Shown: in pieces, positions 37,600-52,193 of the stretch
Layout of the letters: each line of letters starts with the position of its first letter
Position numbering within the stretch: position 1 is the stretch's first letter
Origin: Adineta vaga
Taxonomy: Eukaryota; Animalia; Rotifera
Length of the DNA stretch: 64,000 bases
Assembly: GCA_021613535.1 (NCBI GenBank)
Contig: CP075495.1
Location: 13,454,001 to 13,518,000, forward strand
Direction of reading: 5' to 3'
Translations under genes and position numbers: made by a program
The notes under the pieces: generated by a model
What the model saw: only the letters and a program-made list of their open reading frames with translations
What the model was told of the DNA's origin: nothing
Databases searched by the model: none

Positions 37600-40500
37600 A
37601 TGGCAGATATCCTCATTCAACCAGCTGTACCTTCTCTTTTTACCCATACTGAATCAGCATCAAGTCTTATCGTTGATTCGCCAACGGCTGATGCTAATCA
37701 TAGCACAACAATTCATCACACACGTACATCGCCGAATAATAATAATAATAATAACCATAATCATAATAACAATAGTAACAATTCGAATACAACGAATAAA
37801 TATATTGGTCATGTTAGTCGATTACGTAGTGTATTTACACAATATGCATTAACATTAAATGATTTAAAACCAGGCGAACATCGTTCCCGTTATTCTGATC
37901 ATCATCAAGATTTTGTGTCACCAACACGTGGTACTGCGGACGGAGCTGATGAAATTTCCTTATCACCACCAATGCCACAATTACCATTAGCTACAACATC
38001 AGCATCGACTATAATTGAACGTAGCCGAAGTTTATCTAATCCACGTATATTAGATAATAATACATTGAATATCAATTCAATGCGTAATGGTATATCAACA
38101 TTAACAATGAGTGAAAATTCATCAACAGCAAATAATTCTTCAAATGAAGATCATACAGTACGATTTCGTAAAGCAAAAGAAATGTTTCAAACATTAGAAG
38201 AAGAAGCAGCAACAACAACAACAACAACAACAGCAACAACAGGACGTACAGTTACGCCATTAACTACAACCAAATCAAACAGACAAAATGATCCATTCAT
38301 TAGTGAAACATATCAACCAGATTTAATGCATAATGGACAATCGCATATACCGATAATCAACAATGAACATATTCCTGATCTTATTATCGATCATCGGCAA
38401 CAACAACAACAGCAAATGAAAGATGCATCTAGAACGACTGATCTTCATACAAATCGTACTCGTGATGTTCCTGTCCAAATTGTTAATACATCATCGTCAG
38501 CATCATCACCAACACATTCGGATCGATCATTTATTTCAATTCCAATTCATCGATCAGTACCACCGCCGCCACCACTACCAACATCGACAGTTGAAACTTC
38601 AACTGCTACTGAAGATGTTCATTATGCGATGGTCAATCGTAAAAATGTAAATCCTTCTGATCAACATTATGATTTTCCCGCTGATGCAATTCAACAATTG
38701 AAAAAACAACAGCGTGAAGAACATGATCCCGATGTAAAACCATCAAATGAAGAAATAGCAAATCGTATTGTCGCATCAATTTTACCATCAAATATTCTTC
38801 GTCGTATGGATCATTTAAATACAGTATTTATTAAACCAACAACAATTGAATGTACACTACCAAAATTATCATTTCAAGAAAGTGATATACAAGAATCATC
38901 ATTAAGAGATGAAGAACGAACTGAAACGAATTCAATTGTTCAAGATCAAGAAGAGGAAGAAGAACAAAAATGGATCGATAATCCAATGTTGAATGGTAAA
39001 GAATAGAAAAAAGTTATTTTTCATTTGTTCTATTTAATATTCGATCTAATTTAGAATCAGAAAATGTTGCTGTTCCAAGTAGTGTATGCTCATCACCGAT
39101 CTTCTATGAAAAACCAGGTATACCCGAAGCAAATGATGATGAGAAAGATATAACATTATCACCTAATGGTACTCGGCGAGTTAAATTTAGTAACGCACCA
39201 ATTCGAGTAAGATCATTGTGTATGAGCTGAAAATATCAATCATTGATTTTGTTTTTTCTGTCAAGGTCTATCCAACATATTCACCAAGTGAATATAATCG
39301 ACGAAATGATGATATTGATCCATTTTCTGCGTCGGCTGAATATGAATTGGAAAAACGAATTGAAAAAATGCATGTTTTTAATGTTGAAATTGAAAAAGGT
39401 CAGTAATTGATCACCTCTCTTTTGCATTGAATTGCTTTTTTATTAATCAATTGTTTAGGTCCCGATGGTCTTGGAATTAGGTATGATATAATGTCATGAT
39501 TCTGGTAAAGTTAAACCATTTGTATTGTAGTGTTTTGGGAATGGGTGTTGGTGCTGATAGTGGTTTGGAAAAATTGGGTATCTTTGTTAAATCTCTCAAT
39601 CCGCAGGGTGTGATTGCTCGAGATGGACGGTATGTTTTAATTCATTCAATATTTAACAATATGAAGTCAATAATTTATAAATCATTTCTGTATTGTTCTA
39701 AATCTATAAAAACTTTAATCTGAACTTTTATGACACGTATGATCATAGAATTTTCTCATGAGAATATATGAGACATATATGTATTGCAGTTATTGAAGAT
39801 TATAATGTGTAATATTCATCGTTTTGTTGCCACTTTCTCTCCTTAATAGACGACAATTCTCTTGAGATTGTTCTTATTATTTATTTAGAATTCAAATAGG
39901 CGATCAGATAATTGAAGTCGATGAACATTCACTTGTTGGTGTCACACATACACATGCGACAAGTGTTTTAAAATCAACTTCAGGTTTAGTCAGGTAAAAT
40001 TAATTCTTCGTTATTTTCGTTTTTTCTTCTTATTAATTCATTAAATTTCATTCAGATTTGTCATTGGCCGTGAGAAAGATGTGGAAAATTCAGAAATTCT
40101 TCGTCTTATACAACAATCATTACAAATGGATCAAGAACGAAATGAAATGTCAAGAGCATTACAACATCATCAGGATACTTTTAATGAACGACATATGGAT
40201 GATGATGGATTTTCAAATTTAGAATTAAATGATCAAGATAAAGTTGATGATGATACAATAAAAAGTTCAAATCATCATGAATTAGCTAAAGCTCACGAGA
40301 AGAACTATGAAGTATGAAGAAAGATTTCTTTTTTTCTTCTTCGTTCTAACTTCTATGCTTGTCTTTTAGCAAATGTGGTCAATGTCTGAAAAACAATCCA
40401 AAGAAAATGAATTTGAAATTCTTAAACAACGTTATGAATCGTTAGAAAAGACATTGTCAAATGTTGAAAAAGAAAAAGAATATTTTCAAGTAAATTTGTT

Positions 40501-42042
40501 TATAGAATGAAAGAAAAATAAAATTGATTTTTTGTGTATTTTAGAAAATTTATGAACAAACGAAAAAAGATTTTGAACATATCGAAGAAAAATACTTAAA
40601 AGCTAAGAAATTAATCAAAGAATTACAAGATCGGTATGTAAACATATTCTCAATAGAATTCTCAAACTCATTTCTAGTTTTCGAATTACAAGATATCAAT
40701 TTTGTACGTACGCAGGTGAAGGTTATTTGAAGAAATAAAAGAATCTATATATAATTTCATTCTGCATATAAATCAGTTGATTTCTTTTCTTTTTGCGAAT
40801 AGAATTAGCTGAAATTCAACATCGAATAAATAATTTTCTTTTGTTTAGTGAAACGGAATTACGAGAACAACAAACTCAACAATCGGAAAAAAATGAACAG
40901 CAACAAAAGAAAATTTTTGAATTAACAAAAAAAGTTTGTAGCAATTTTCTTTAAAAAATGCATTGATAATTGAAACATATAAAATTTTAGTCCGAAGATT
41001 TGGAACGAATGTTAGCTAATTCTTCAGTAAAACATGATCATTCATCATCAATTGTAACGCGTAATACAAAATTACCTAGCACAAGTACAGAATGTGTGAT
41101 TTTACGTCCGCCAGATATACCAGAACGTATACCGATTCGATCGCGTACAAATTCCGGTCAAAATATGCTTTCGACTGAACGTTTACCAGTTCGAAATACA
41201 TCAGCAACATCGTCAGTTCGATTACCATCAACTTCCGCAGATAAATTGTCTAATAGCAAACTAACTACTCAATCAGATTTTGAAGTTGATCGTAGTCCAA
41301 TATTAAATCATAGTATACAAATGGATAAAACACAAATTGCCAAATCACGTCCAAGAAATTTACCATCGAAACGTTCATCGAATCCGTTACTTGACGAAGC
41401 AAATAATCATCCAGATGAAAACTTAGAAATCAAACATTCAACTATCAAAGTTCCTCCATTAGAAGAAACAACAAGTATATCGTACATTGAAGAATGTTCT
41501 TATTTTTTTCATTTCCCTATTTAGAACATTCATCAAAAGTTCAAAAAACAACTGCTACCGATGAGGTAAGGATTCTTACTAAACAGACATATCGAGTATT
41601 GATTATGTGTTTCTTTCTGTCAAGGTTGCTGAAGTTAAAGATTGGACATCTGATCAATGTGTTCAATGGTTAACAGCACAAGAAATGACATCATTTATAC
41701 CGATGTTTCTTAGTCGAAATATTGATGGTGAAAAACTTCTTTTACTTGATAGTACAAAGATGAAAGTAGGAAAAAGAGTTGTCATTGTTTAATGAATTAA
41801 TAAAATGAATTATTATTCGTTAGGCTATGGGAATAAAATCAAGTAAAGATCGTGATCATTTAAAATTAAAATTAAAAGAGCTTAAACATGCTGAACTCGA
41901 TCGAATGCGTGAACGACTTCTCGCTCAACAACCACCAACAACAACATTTCAACATTCAAATCATAGTGGAAATCGATTACGTTCATCAAGTATGACGAAA
42001 TTAAAAGAAAGAAGATTATTTGGTGGTAGTGGTGGAAAATAA
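37600..42042 (+). CDS. PPP1R9A: Neurabin/spinophilin-family PP1 regulatory scaffold (RVxF, PDZ, coiled coil, SAM)
   Basis: [40 protein letters not shown] ([25 protein letters not shown]), [11 protein letters not shown] coiled coil, C-terminal SAM (WT.DQC.QWL). Confidence 0.93.
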
Positions 42043-43191
42043 TCTCATTAAGAATACATTTATATTCATTGTTTCGTCTTTCTTGTTTCACTAAGAATGA
42101 CTCGAAACAAAAATCTCTTTCTCTTGACAGTTGTGATCATCCGTCCTTTGTTACTTTTGTGAACAGTAGAAAAAAAAACACAAATCTTCTCACTCCTTAG
42201 ACCCAATGCTGCTGGTCAGCTTTATGACATTCCTCACTTTTTTTTGACAAATACGAAAAAGAAAAATTCTTTTGATAATAACAAGCAGACATATGTTGTT
42301 TTTTTTGCTTCTTTGTCTTATATTCAGTGTTGTGATGATACTTGTTTTGAATAATAGAAAAAAAAAGCTTACTGAACATAAAGATGTTTCTCATTTGTGT
42401 GCTCTTCTTGTACAGCGTTATCTGTTTTCTTTTTTTTCTCTTTCGAATATCATTTTTCTTTTGTGCTATATTGCTATTACTATTACTTATTACAATTATC
42501 AATTCTTACTACAATTATTTGTTGTTAGATGTGTGGTTCAATTTTCGTCTTTTTTCTCTGTTCTTCTTCTTCTCTTTTTTGTTAACATTCTCTCGTTCTA
42601 TGAAATTGAAAAAGAGAGCTTATTGTAAGAAATAAAATGATTTTGTAATAATGAATCATTGCAAGAAAGAAGCAACGTGGCATGTCTGATGCGTGTCAAG
42701 ACAATTTGCGCAATACTTATTGTTTTCATTAAGTTATCTAGAGAAAATAAAGTTAGTTGATCAGTAGTTTCGAAGTATGCATGTAAGATATAACAACCAT
42801 TCGTATGTTGAAGAACAAAACGATGAACGAACGAAACAACTTTCTACAAAAGTGAAAAGACTGAAAAATATTGTGATAGAAATTAATCAGGAAGCAAAAC
42901 GTTCAAACGATGAATTATTGGTTTGATGAAAATATTCTTTGCTTGAGAGACATAACTAAATTGTTTTCTTCTTCTAATTTAGAACTATCCAGATTTGATT
43001 GGTTCAATCAATGATCGTGTAATTCAAGCTCGACAACGTGTTACATCTTTGTCTCGCACTGGTAGTTGGAGAATTTATTATTATTTAATATTATTCTCTT
43101 TGTTTATTTTCCTTATTATATATTTTCTTATCAAATAAAAAAAACATAGAAGACGTACATGAGATAATCAATAAATGATTTCGAAACGGTT

Positions 43192-44166
43192 TTAACGTGG
43201 AGCGAATACATTCCGATCGAATTCGCCAACATAATTTCCAGCAGGATAATACATAGCGACAGCATAAATCATTGATGAACCTTGTGCTTGACCAAAGCCA
43301 ACTTCTTGTGAACCTTTCCATACAATTTGACTGAAATGACCAGTACCCGGTTGATAGGAAGGATTACGATAATCATATTTCTTATTTTCATCATACCATG
43401 ATTGTGTCATGGTTTTACCTAAATTTCGAATGAAAATCTATGAAAACAAAATATAATGTGGAGAAACCTGTTATAGGCCATGATTGACAACGAAGATTTT
43501 CGCCAACGTTTGAATTACGATATTTAGTCTTACTATGTACAAGTGTTCCAGTTGATGCTAAGTGATTAGCTAGAAAAGAAAAATTTGAACATGAAAAATG
43601 AATGATTTCAATGTTATATACCCCATTGTTGAGCTAATTTGCATAGATCATCATTTAGTTTTAATGATTCTACACCATGATATCGTCTTAAACTATTATG
43701 AACTTCCAGTGCTTCTCGAAGAAATTCATTATTAGTTTGAGGAGCAGTTGAACGTTTTGGAGGTGTTGGTACTACTGCTGCTGTTGCTGCTGCTGATGAA
43801 GGTGAAAACGCTGATGTTAACGATGATGATAAAGGTGTTGGTCTTGATGATTGAATACTGCGATGATGTCGTGGTTCTAATGGAGGGAGATTGGTTGGAT
43901 TCGATAATGGACGAAATCCAAATCGATCAAAATCGGGTACATTATCTCGTTTTAAACGTAAATCTCGCATGAACTACGATTAAAGATGAGCATATATTGA
44001 TGATAATCGTCTTTATAATTATACGAACAAAGCTTACCTTGACCGCATCATCATCATACATATCGATCGTTTCTGTATGTGTTTTCCCATCAGTGCCTGT
44101 TACTGTTCTTGTTAATTTATAATGAGCACGAGCATTTGTATTACGTATTGATGTACTGTTATTCAT
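43192..44166 (-). CDS. CAP/SCP-domain protein (GAPR-1/GLIPR2-like) with N-terminal extension; 4 exons
   Basis: AL..HN.LR..HG...L, GENL, WYDE...YDY, TGHFSQIVWK, Y.PAGN. Confidence 0.88.
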
Positions 44167-46439
44167 AGTTTCTAGACAGATATTGTCATATAAAATGATG
44201 AAATTTTTTTTTGTTTCGTCTCCTATCTTTTTATAAGTATGTCAAGGCAATGTGACAGCTGCGTATAGCAGACGGATATATTCAATTTCGTATAGTAAAG
44301 AAGAGTGAATATATATTCTCTTTTTTCTCCTACACTTATATTTCGTTGTATATTCAAATAATACATTGAAATTTACTTTTTGTCTAAATATGTTTATCAT
44401 CAGTTTTTATATTATCATCAAGTTATGAATCAACTTGATAGACGACAGAGGTTGAATATCATGCGCTGTATTTTGCTGATAACGATATGAAGAATGAGAA
44501 AAGATGACGTCTGTCCTTTGAATTTACAAATTTGTTGATTCACTTTCATCATCTAACAATCATTTGCGCAGTCAAATTCGTTTTTTTTAACGAAGAAAAT
44601 GATAAGCAAACAGAATTCATTAGAGAGAGAGAAAGAATCGAATTTCTTCACGAAATGCGTTTAGACTAGTTATTTAATATATCTTACGTTTCATCATTTT
44701 GTTTGATAGTATTGAACTTGTTTTTGTTGTTCTATATGCTGTTGATATAGTTAAGGGAATACGTTGTTTGAGACAAACTGATACAATTGATGAATGGAAA
44801 CTATCATCTTCATCGATGATATATCACGTACAATATTGATCTTATCAACTAACTATCAGTACACCTAATGCTCATCTTGCGATGTTATTACTTTTTATAA
44901 ACCAATAAGATCGAGGGTAATATGATGCTTAGTTGTCAATTAGAATATTCTACAATGGTATCTGATTGATGTTCTCTCATCTATATTATTCGAAGTTATA
45001 GTATGATGAATTCGATGAAGGGACAATCTTTTTCCATCGACTACAACGAATTATTCTTCTTAGTTCTAAGGCATTCATTATTTTTTTCACTAGATTTCAA
45101 ATTAGTGATCGATACAACAAACATATTTAAAGAATTATGATTAGAAATAAAAACTTTTTCGTGTACGTTCAGATGTAATAAATCATCAGATCTATACAAC
45201 AGAAGATATGCTTCTATTCATTACAATTTGCTGAGAAAACACAAAAAATGGTAGAAAATTAGATATCAAAACAAAATACAAAGAAGAAAAGATAGATGTC
45301 TAGACATATCAATCTATGACAATCTACACGTACAGAAAACAAAAACCGTTGAAGTAAAAGCAATGATAGACAAAAAAGCCTAAATTGTTTCCACAAATCT
45401 TTTCATTTAGTACAAATTTCACTTATTTATCAACATAAGGTTACTCATAAGTTCTTCTTTATAAATTATAATCTCTTATCAACGTTATTTCTCGATTCAA
45501 TATGATTGTTTGAAGTGTATTCGATATTTCCAATACTTTGTAATTTCAAATAATATCGTTAAAGAAAAGAATATCTTTGACATTATATTCAATCAATGCA
45601 CTAATCAGGTGAAAATTTTCTCCAGATTTAGTCAGAAGAACGAAAGTTATATAAAATGGTTATTCATCACTTTAGTGCAGATTTGAACCTCATCACCCTT
45701 GTGTTTTGACGATTCGACTAAATTATCAAAATAGATTGCAATATCTTCTACTATTCAAAAGCATCTATTTCATCGTTGTCATCTCAGTAACTATTTCCTT
45801 CTGATTGGATTTACTCGCGATATTTTTCAGACTGATATTTGAGACTTTGTTTTGTTTATGTTGTTTCTAGACTTTCAATAGAAAGAAAAGAAATCAGTTG
45901 ATTTTGGTAAACTATCATCTTGACTAATAAATTTTTATCATTGTATTCGTACAACATGCTGCTTATTTGCATTATTTTCTTGATATAGAACTACGATTAA
46001 GACTCGATAATGATTGATCATACAATGATGTTTCATGTTTCTAAATATTTGATTCTTCTCTTTACAAGTACAACTATAATTGAAAACACTGTACTTATAT
46101 TTTTGAGAAAAATGAGATCAATATAGATTTTTTATTGCACTATCGGAGAAGATGAAAGATAAATTTCTCTATAATTATATGTATGTTTTAAGTTGTTTCA
46201 TAAAATAATATGCGTACACAACACAAAGAAAATAGCTTGTTTTTCTTAGAAGAATAAAAACAAAAACGAAACAAGAATATAATCAAAGTCAACATGCGTT
46301 TATGTGACAATAGAAGTTACGAGAATATACGACTAGTAATCAAAGAAACGAGAAAGTATAAAAACGAGTAACCAGCAAGATTATGTAAGGAAGAAAAAGC
46401 ATTTAATGTTTTGTATTTATATTTTTGTCATGAGCAACA

Positions 46440-46920
46440 TCATTTGAGATATACCATATTACGATAAACTTGACCTGCTGATAAAGCAACAATAAGAAGT
46501 GCTGGAAAGACTTTACCACCGATTAAGAAACGTAATAACATAATAACACCAAGAATTGCGGCAATCTGAAAAAAGAAAAAAGAATTTTGAAATTAAATAG
46601 TAGAAAAATAGTTTAACAAGATGATACTTACTGCTAAATTAGCAACATTATTTTGTCGACTTGGATGAGTTGCGTTGTAAATAGACCAGGCACCCAAAAC
46701 AACACCTAAATCGAAATGATTAAAACAACTATTTATCGATAGATTTGATCTACATACCTAATAAAAGAGAAACGATACTGCCACCTCGAAAATATCCGAG
46801 TAAACCGTCCAAAACTGAAAAAAAAACACACGAAAAATCAATAGTTTTTTCTTATTTTCAGTTTACAAACTATAACATACTTAAAGCAGCACCATATGCA
46901 ACACCGAATTGATCAGTCAT
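46440..46920 (-). CDS. TMEM14: TMEM14-family small membrane protein; 4 exons; not in the ORF track
   Basis: Spliced MTDQFGVAYGAAL-ILDGLLGYFRGGSIVSLLL-GVVLG...-M.LRF..GGKVFPA matches the TMEM14 pattern (G..GY...GS..SL; R.....K..PA). Confidence 0.8.
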
Positions 46921-48545
46921 ATTTTCTATTCTCGATAAATAATAATCGTTGGAAGTCAATAGAAGATTTCTAAAATAGTACAAGCAATAGAAATGTCAAT
47001 TTCCTCGGCTGTAATGAATACAAAAAAGCAAACGAAACGATAGGAATGTATGTTTATAAGTTCTAAAAATGTCTAGTACCATTCCTCTCTCATATGCGAT
47101 ATTCAGACGCAAAGACGGAGCTCTTCCACATCATTCTTAATGCACCTAGAGATACCGGCACAGTAATGCAGTTTACAAGGAAAGAACTGAGGGCAATTTA
47201 AGTCGCTAGAGGTCCCTGCTGACGGGTTTATCTACATGAACGAAACGTTGTTCTCATTACTCTCTCACATACATATTTCTAAGGACAATATGATAATGTT
47301 TTTTGAATAACAAGATAGTAAACGACTTCTTTCATGAAATGTTAATGATAGAATTGAACACTAAATCAGTGCTTTTATTTACAATAACCATTATTAATCG
47401 TTTAGTACTATGAAAAATAATTGTCAAGAATCTTTTGGTATTTTTATCAATGAATAATAAGTCTTCAATCAATTTTGTTCATACAGTATGTATATAGAAA
47501 TAACTAGCACTTAAAATGTTCAAGTATTTTTACACTTTCAATTCGAATTCCTCTTATCCTGCTTACTTATGCTAAACAAACAACGAAGTAAAATGTTCAT
47601 CGATTGTTTCTTATCTTGCTTATTCAAAAAAGTAAAAACTAAACTTTTCTCTGTTGAAAATAGTTTAACATTGAACAATCAATAAACTATTGATTCAAAC
47701 AATCTTCGTTCCTATAATGTTCTTTTTTATATGCGTTTACTTTTCAATATCATCTAACATAAACAGTTAATCTAATCATAATCGCATTGCTGAGAACTTC
47801 AACTATCATCAGAAGATATCTCTCTAATGTAGTTGATTTAAAACGATTGTCAAGGTTGACAGAATAATTAGCATAGATACTTTTATTTGTGATAATACAT
47901 AATGATTTTTCTTTTGTTTATTATTCGATCGATAAAGATGAAGATTGTTTTTTTTTTGTAACAGAATAAAATCAAATATGTGTGCGTGTATAAATATCAC
48001 CAAAAACAATGACACAAGAAGAAAAAAAAGAAAAATGACAAACGTTCTTATTGTTTTTCGGAAGAGTTAAGGAATACCAATTAGCATGTACCAAGGAAGT
48101 AACAATATTATAATGAAAACCCGATGTTTGTGATAAACGTGTACAGAAACAAAAAGAAAAACAATTTTAAAGAAAAGATCGAAGATGTTGTTTTGTTTTA
48201 ATCAAAAATCAGTCAAAATAATATTCATTTCTTTTATACCCAAAGAAGAAGACAAGAATCAGATCGAAAATGTGTTCAACTAGTTTTTGTTTTTCTCTCT
48301 GTCTCTCGACATTCTCATTGCTCACATAGCAATATGAAGGATGTTGAGGTAATTCAAACGGGAGAAAAGTCAATCTAATTGTCGCACACTGTTCAACTTT
48401 AGGAAACCAAAAAAAGAGAGAGAGAAAGAAAATGAAATAAAGGCAAAAAAGACATCGTCAAATGTATAATATGTATAGATATCTATTGCATGAGTTGAAA
48501 AAAAAAGAAACAGAAGAAAAAGCAAAGGATATTGTTGTGTATGGA

Positions 48546-49774
48546 TTATTTCGTTTCTAATTCATCTTTGGAGAGAACTTCAAAATCTTCATCAGATGAT
48601 TTCGTTGGTTTCGTACCATCTTCACTTTCAGTTATTGAACTTGACCGACTACTTGATTTATCTTTTTCTTCATTTTCATGTTCACTTTCGGTTTGAGCAA
48701 CAATATTCATTTCCACAGTTTGTTTATTTTCTTCATTGAGATTTTCTTTTTTATTTGTGAATTTTTCTTCTTCATTTTCATTGTCATTGTCATTATCATT
48801 ATCTTTCTTTACATCATTGGTTTTACTACTTGTCTTCTTCTTTCCTGGTGCATTCAATGTATATAATGGAACAAATGATTCGAAAAATCCCACATCTTCA
48901 GTTAAATTTGGTAATAACCAGAATTTAATTTTACCTAATGTCAAAAGCCAAACACCGGCAAATAAAATATATTTAAAAACAGCCAATGATAATAATAAAC
49001 CAAGTAAACTAGCCAGTACCATGGATAGATAATACACTCCTGTTCGTACTTCAGCCGGCCATAATGGAAATAGACAAACACCAATACAACCAATAACAAG
49101 TAAAGCACCCATAATATATTGTTTAATTGTTGTTGGAGAATAGATCCAAACATAGAATTCATTTGGTGAATCAACAAATAATTGTTCATCATGTAATTCA
49201 AATTTAAATTTTTTCTTCTTTGTTTTATCTTTTTCTTTCGAATCTTCATCTTTTGTTGCTATTGATTCCGTTGTTACTGCGGACTTTGATTTCCGTTGTC
49301 TTATAGCACGAGGTGTATTTGACTGAGATGTATCACCGGTTGTATTCGATGATGTTTGCTCAGATGAAGATTTATCTTCTTTATAAACTTTCACAACTCG
49401 ACGAAATAATTCCGTGTCCAAAAATTTTCGAAGCATCTATTAGATTTCATTTTAGAAGAAAAAAAAAGGAAAAATCATCTTTTTCAATTTACCTGTACAG
49501 CATCGTGTTTTGAAGAGAAACAAACAGGATGTTTACTATCAGTCTTTGAGTCACCAGTTAATGCTTTGGTACTTATTGATGACCATTTTGATTCCGTAAG
49601 ACATTCAACTGCTTTTGTTCCATTGAAATAAACAACTTGCATACCCATTAACATGCCTTTTTTTGTTGGACATTGAAAACGAAGATGTTTAGCAATAGAT
49701 TTTTCAATAGGTGTTAATTCCGGTATTTCATCAGTCGATCGACGACGTCGAGATTTTTTTCGATTGTCCGACAT
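48546..49774 (-). CDS. SEC62: Translocation protein SEC62; 2 exons
   Basis: V.YF.G.KAV.CL..SKW, Q.FVD..NE.YVWIY, CLFPLWP, GVYYLS, FWLLPNLTEDVGFFESF.PLY, C-terminal LIR-like DFEVL. Confidence 0.95.
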
Positions 49775-50966
49775 TGATTAAATTGAAATGTAAATGATCT
49801 GAATAAAATATATAAAATAACTAAAGAATTATACGTGTATAGGTATATATATATATATTACAAATGAATAAAGAAGAAAAAAAAGAAGGGTGGAGTCGTA
49901 TTAAATGAAGAATAGAGGAAAAAAAATTGAACAGTTGCATTCATATTGAAAATCACACATTGATGTAATTTGTTGTTCAATATGTACACACAAACTCCTT
50001 TTTTTCTTCTTCTTTAACACAAAGGACATATTTGACAGGTATTACGTCATCGGAATTCCCACCTTTTGAATATATCAATCAATGTGAGAAGTGGGTTCAA
50101 CTATACTATAGTATATATCTAATGTTTGTTGAATAATAGTACTTGATATGTCTACATTACTATACCTTGAGTGGGTGGAGATTGTCAGAAAAGAAAGAAA
50201 AAGGAATAAAATTATATATGGATTTATATTTGTTGTGTGAAGTTATTAAATGATTATCTAAACAAAGATTAATTTTCAAAAAATCGTTTTGTTTTATTAT
50301 TCGAGAATATAAACGTAAGTGCATATGTTGTATCGTCATCGAAGTGATAAATACTGAACGTGGGTGTAGCGGTGTGTAGCGCGTGCTTTGCTTTTTTTCC
50401 TTTTCTTGTCAATGACTCAGATTGAAGCGTTCGGAGAGCGAACAGAAGATAAGTTGATGTGGACTATGATATATGTGGCACCATCTTAGAATATTTGAAA
50501 GACAAGTTCTGTGTGAAAAAAAGCTTTTTTCTTGTAAATTTTTTCTTTGAACACTTGTAGTTTTATAAATAAAATATTCAAATAAATGATGATATGAAAC
50601 CCTCTCTGGCGACATTGAATTCGAATGGTTAGAGTAATTGACCATTGATTGGATGTGATAGATTACATACATACAATACATAGAGAATTGCATTGCATTG
50701 TAGTATATGCTTGTTAAATTGGATTTAAGTTGCAATCACTTGAAAGTTCAAGGTGGAGAGTATAACAATGCTACGTCCTTCATTTTCTTTCTCTTGCTTA
50801 GAAGTCACGTTTATATTTCAATCGATAATTAGTTCAATCATATTGATGAAGTTTTTGAATAAAAATTTGATTGTCAAATATAGAAATGAAGATTATAAAA
50901 GAAAATTTTGTTGTATTCGACAAGATAATTATTTTAAAACAAAATCAAAACTGATTGTTGTTTCAG

Positions 50967-52193
50967 ATGACAAACATTGTTCGTAATCATTCTTTAACTA
51001 ACGATGAAGTACAACGTTACTCTCGTCAATTAATTCTCTCTGAATTTGGTGTACATGCACAAGAACGTTTAAAAAATGCTTCAGCATTAATCATCGGTTG
51101 TGGTGGTTTAGGATCACCTGCTGCTCTCTATCTTGCTTCATCAGGTCTCGGTCATCTCGGTTTAGTTGATCATGATCATGTTGATATGTCGAATCTTCAT
51201 CGACAGATCATTCATCGTGAAACAACAATTGGTAAAACAAAAGTTGAGTCTGCTCAGTTAACATGTTCACAAATGAATTCTTCATTGAAAATTGATACTT
51301 ATAATCAATTATTAACATATGAAAATATTCTCGATATAGTTAAACAATATGATGTGATTCTTGATTGTACAGATAATGTCATTACACGTTATTTAATCAA
51401 TGATGCTTGTGTTCTTGCTCATAAACCATTGATTTCTGCAAGTGTTATTCGTTTTGAAGGACAATTAACAGTATGGAATTATTTGGAAAAAAATGGTCCA
51501 TGTTATCGTTGTCTATATCCTCAACCACCACCAGCTGAAACAGTTTCAACATGTTCAGATGTTGGTGTGCTTGGTCCTGTATGTGGAACATTAGGAAGTT
51601 TACAAGCATTAGAAGCTATTAAACTCTTAACTAAAATCGGTGACGTTTTATCTAATCGAATGCTTCTTGTTGATGGTCTATCAATGAATTTTCGAACAAT
51701 TAAATTACGTAATCGACAGCCTACTTGTGCAGTATGCGGAACGAATCCAAGTATTATTGATCGACCAGCTCCTCCTCCAGCTGATCAATGTACCGATGAT
51801 AAACCATGTCGAAAGAATATATTATCTCGACGAGAACGTATTACAGCAACAGATCTATCAAAATCAACTTTATCATCACCATCATTTATTATTGATGTTC
51901 GACCTGAACATGAACTTCATATCGCTCAATTTGAAAATTCATATCATTTACCAATGGATCGTCTTCTATATAATACAAATGAAGAACAATTACGTGATGA
52001 ATTACGATCAAATATTGAAAAAAATCATCAAATTGTTATTGTTTGTCGTCGTGGAAATGATTCTCAAATAGCTGTAAGACGATTAAAAGAATTACTATCA
52101 GATATAGATAATATCGACGAAAAACTCAAAGATCTCGAAGGTGGTTTTCAAGCTTGGCATACAGATATTGATTCAACATTTCCGTTATATTAA
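50967..52193 (+). CDS. MOCS3: Adenylyltransferase/sulfurtransferase MOCS3/Uba4 (intronless CDS)
   Basis: RYSRQLIL, IIGCGGLG, SNLHRQ, PCYRC...C, CAVC, and rhodanese loop CRRGNDSQ. ATG at 50967 follows a tttcag acceptor. Confidence 0.95.
   Translation: MTNIVRNHSLTNDEVQRYSRQLILSEFGVHAQERLKNASALIIGCGGLGSPAALYLASSGLGHLGLVDHDHVDMSNLHRQIIHRETTIGKTKVESAQLTCSQMNSSLKIDTYNQLLTYENILDIVKQYDVILDCTDNVITRYLINDACVLAHKPLISASVIRFEGQLTVWNYLEKNGPCYRCLYPQPPPAETVSTCSDVGVLGPVCGTLGSLQALEAIKLLTKIGDVLSNRMLLVDGLSMNFRTIKLRNRQPTCAVCGTNPSIIDRPAPPPADQCTDDKPCRKNILSRRERITATDLSKSTLSSPSFIIDVRPEHELHIAQFENSYHLPMDRLLYNTNEEQLRDELRSNIEKNHQIVIVCRRGNDSQIAVRRLKELLSDIDNIDEKLKDLEGGFQAWHTDIDSTFPLY

Noticed and set aside
44690-46080. Possible decayed cadherin-like relic on the minus strand (LNRE, YNL, DED fragments)
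   Set aside because: Only scattered 3-4 residue matches among many stops; not supportable without a profile search.
47205-47250. Hammerhead ribozyme-like CTG.TGA...CGAAAC
   Set aside because: The core reads CTGCTGA rather than CUGANGA, and the flanking stems do not form.
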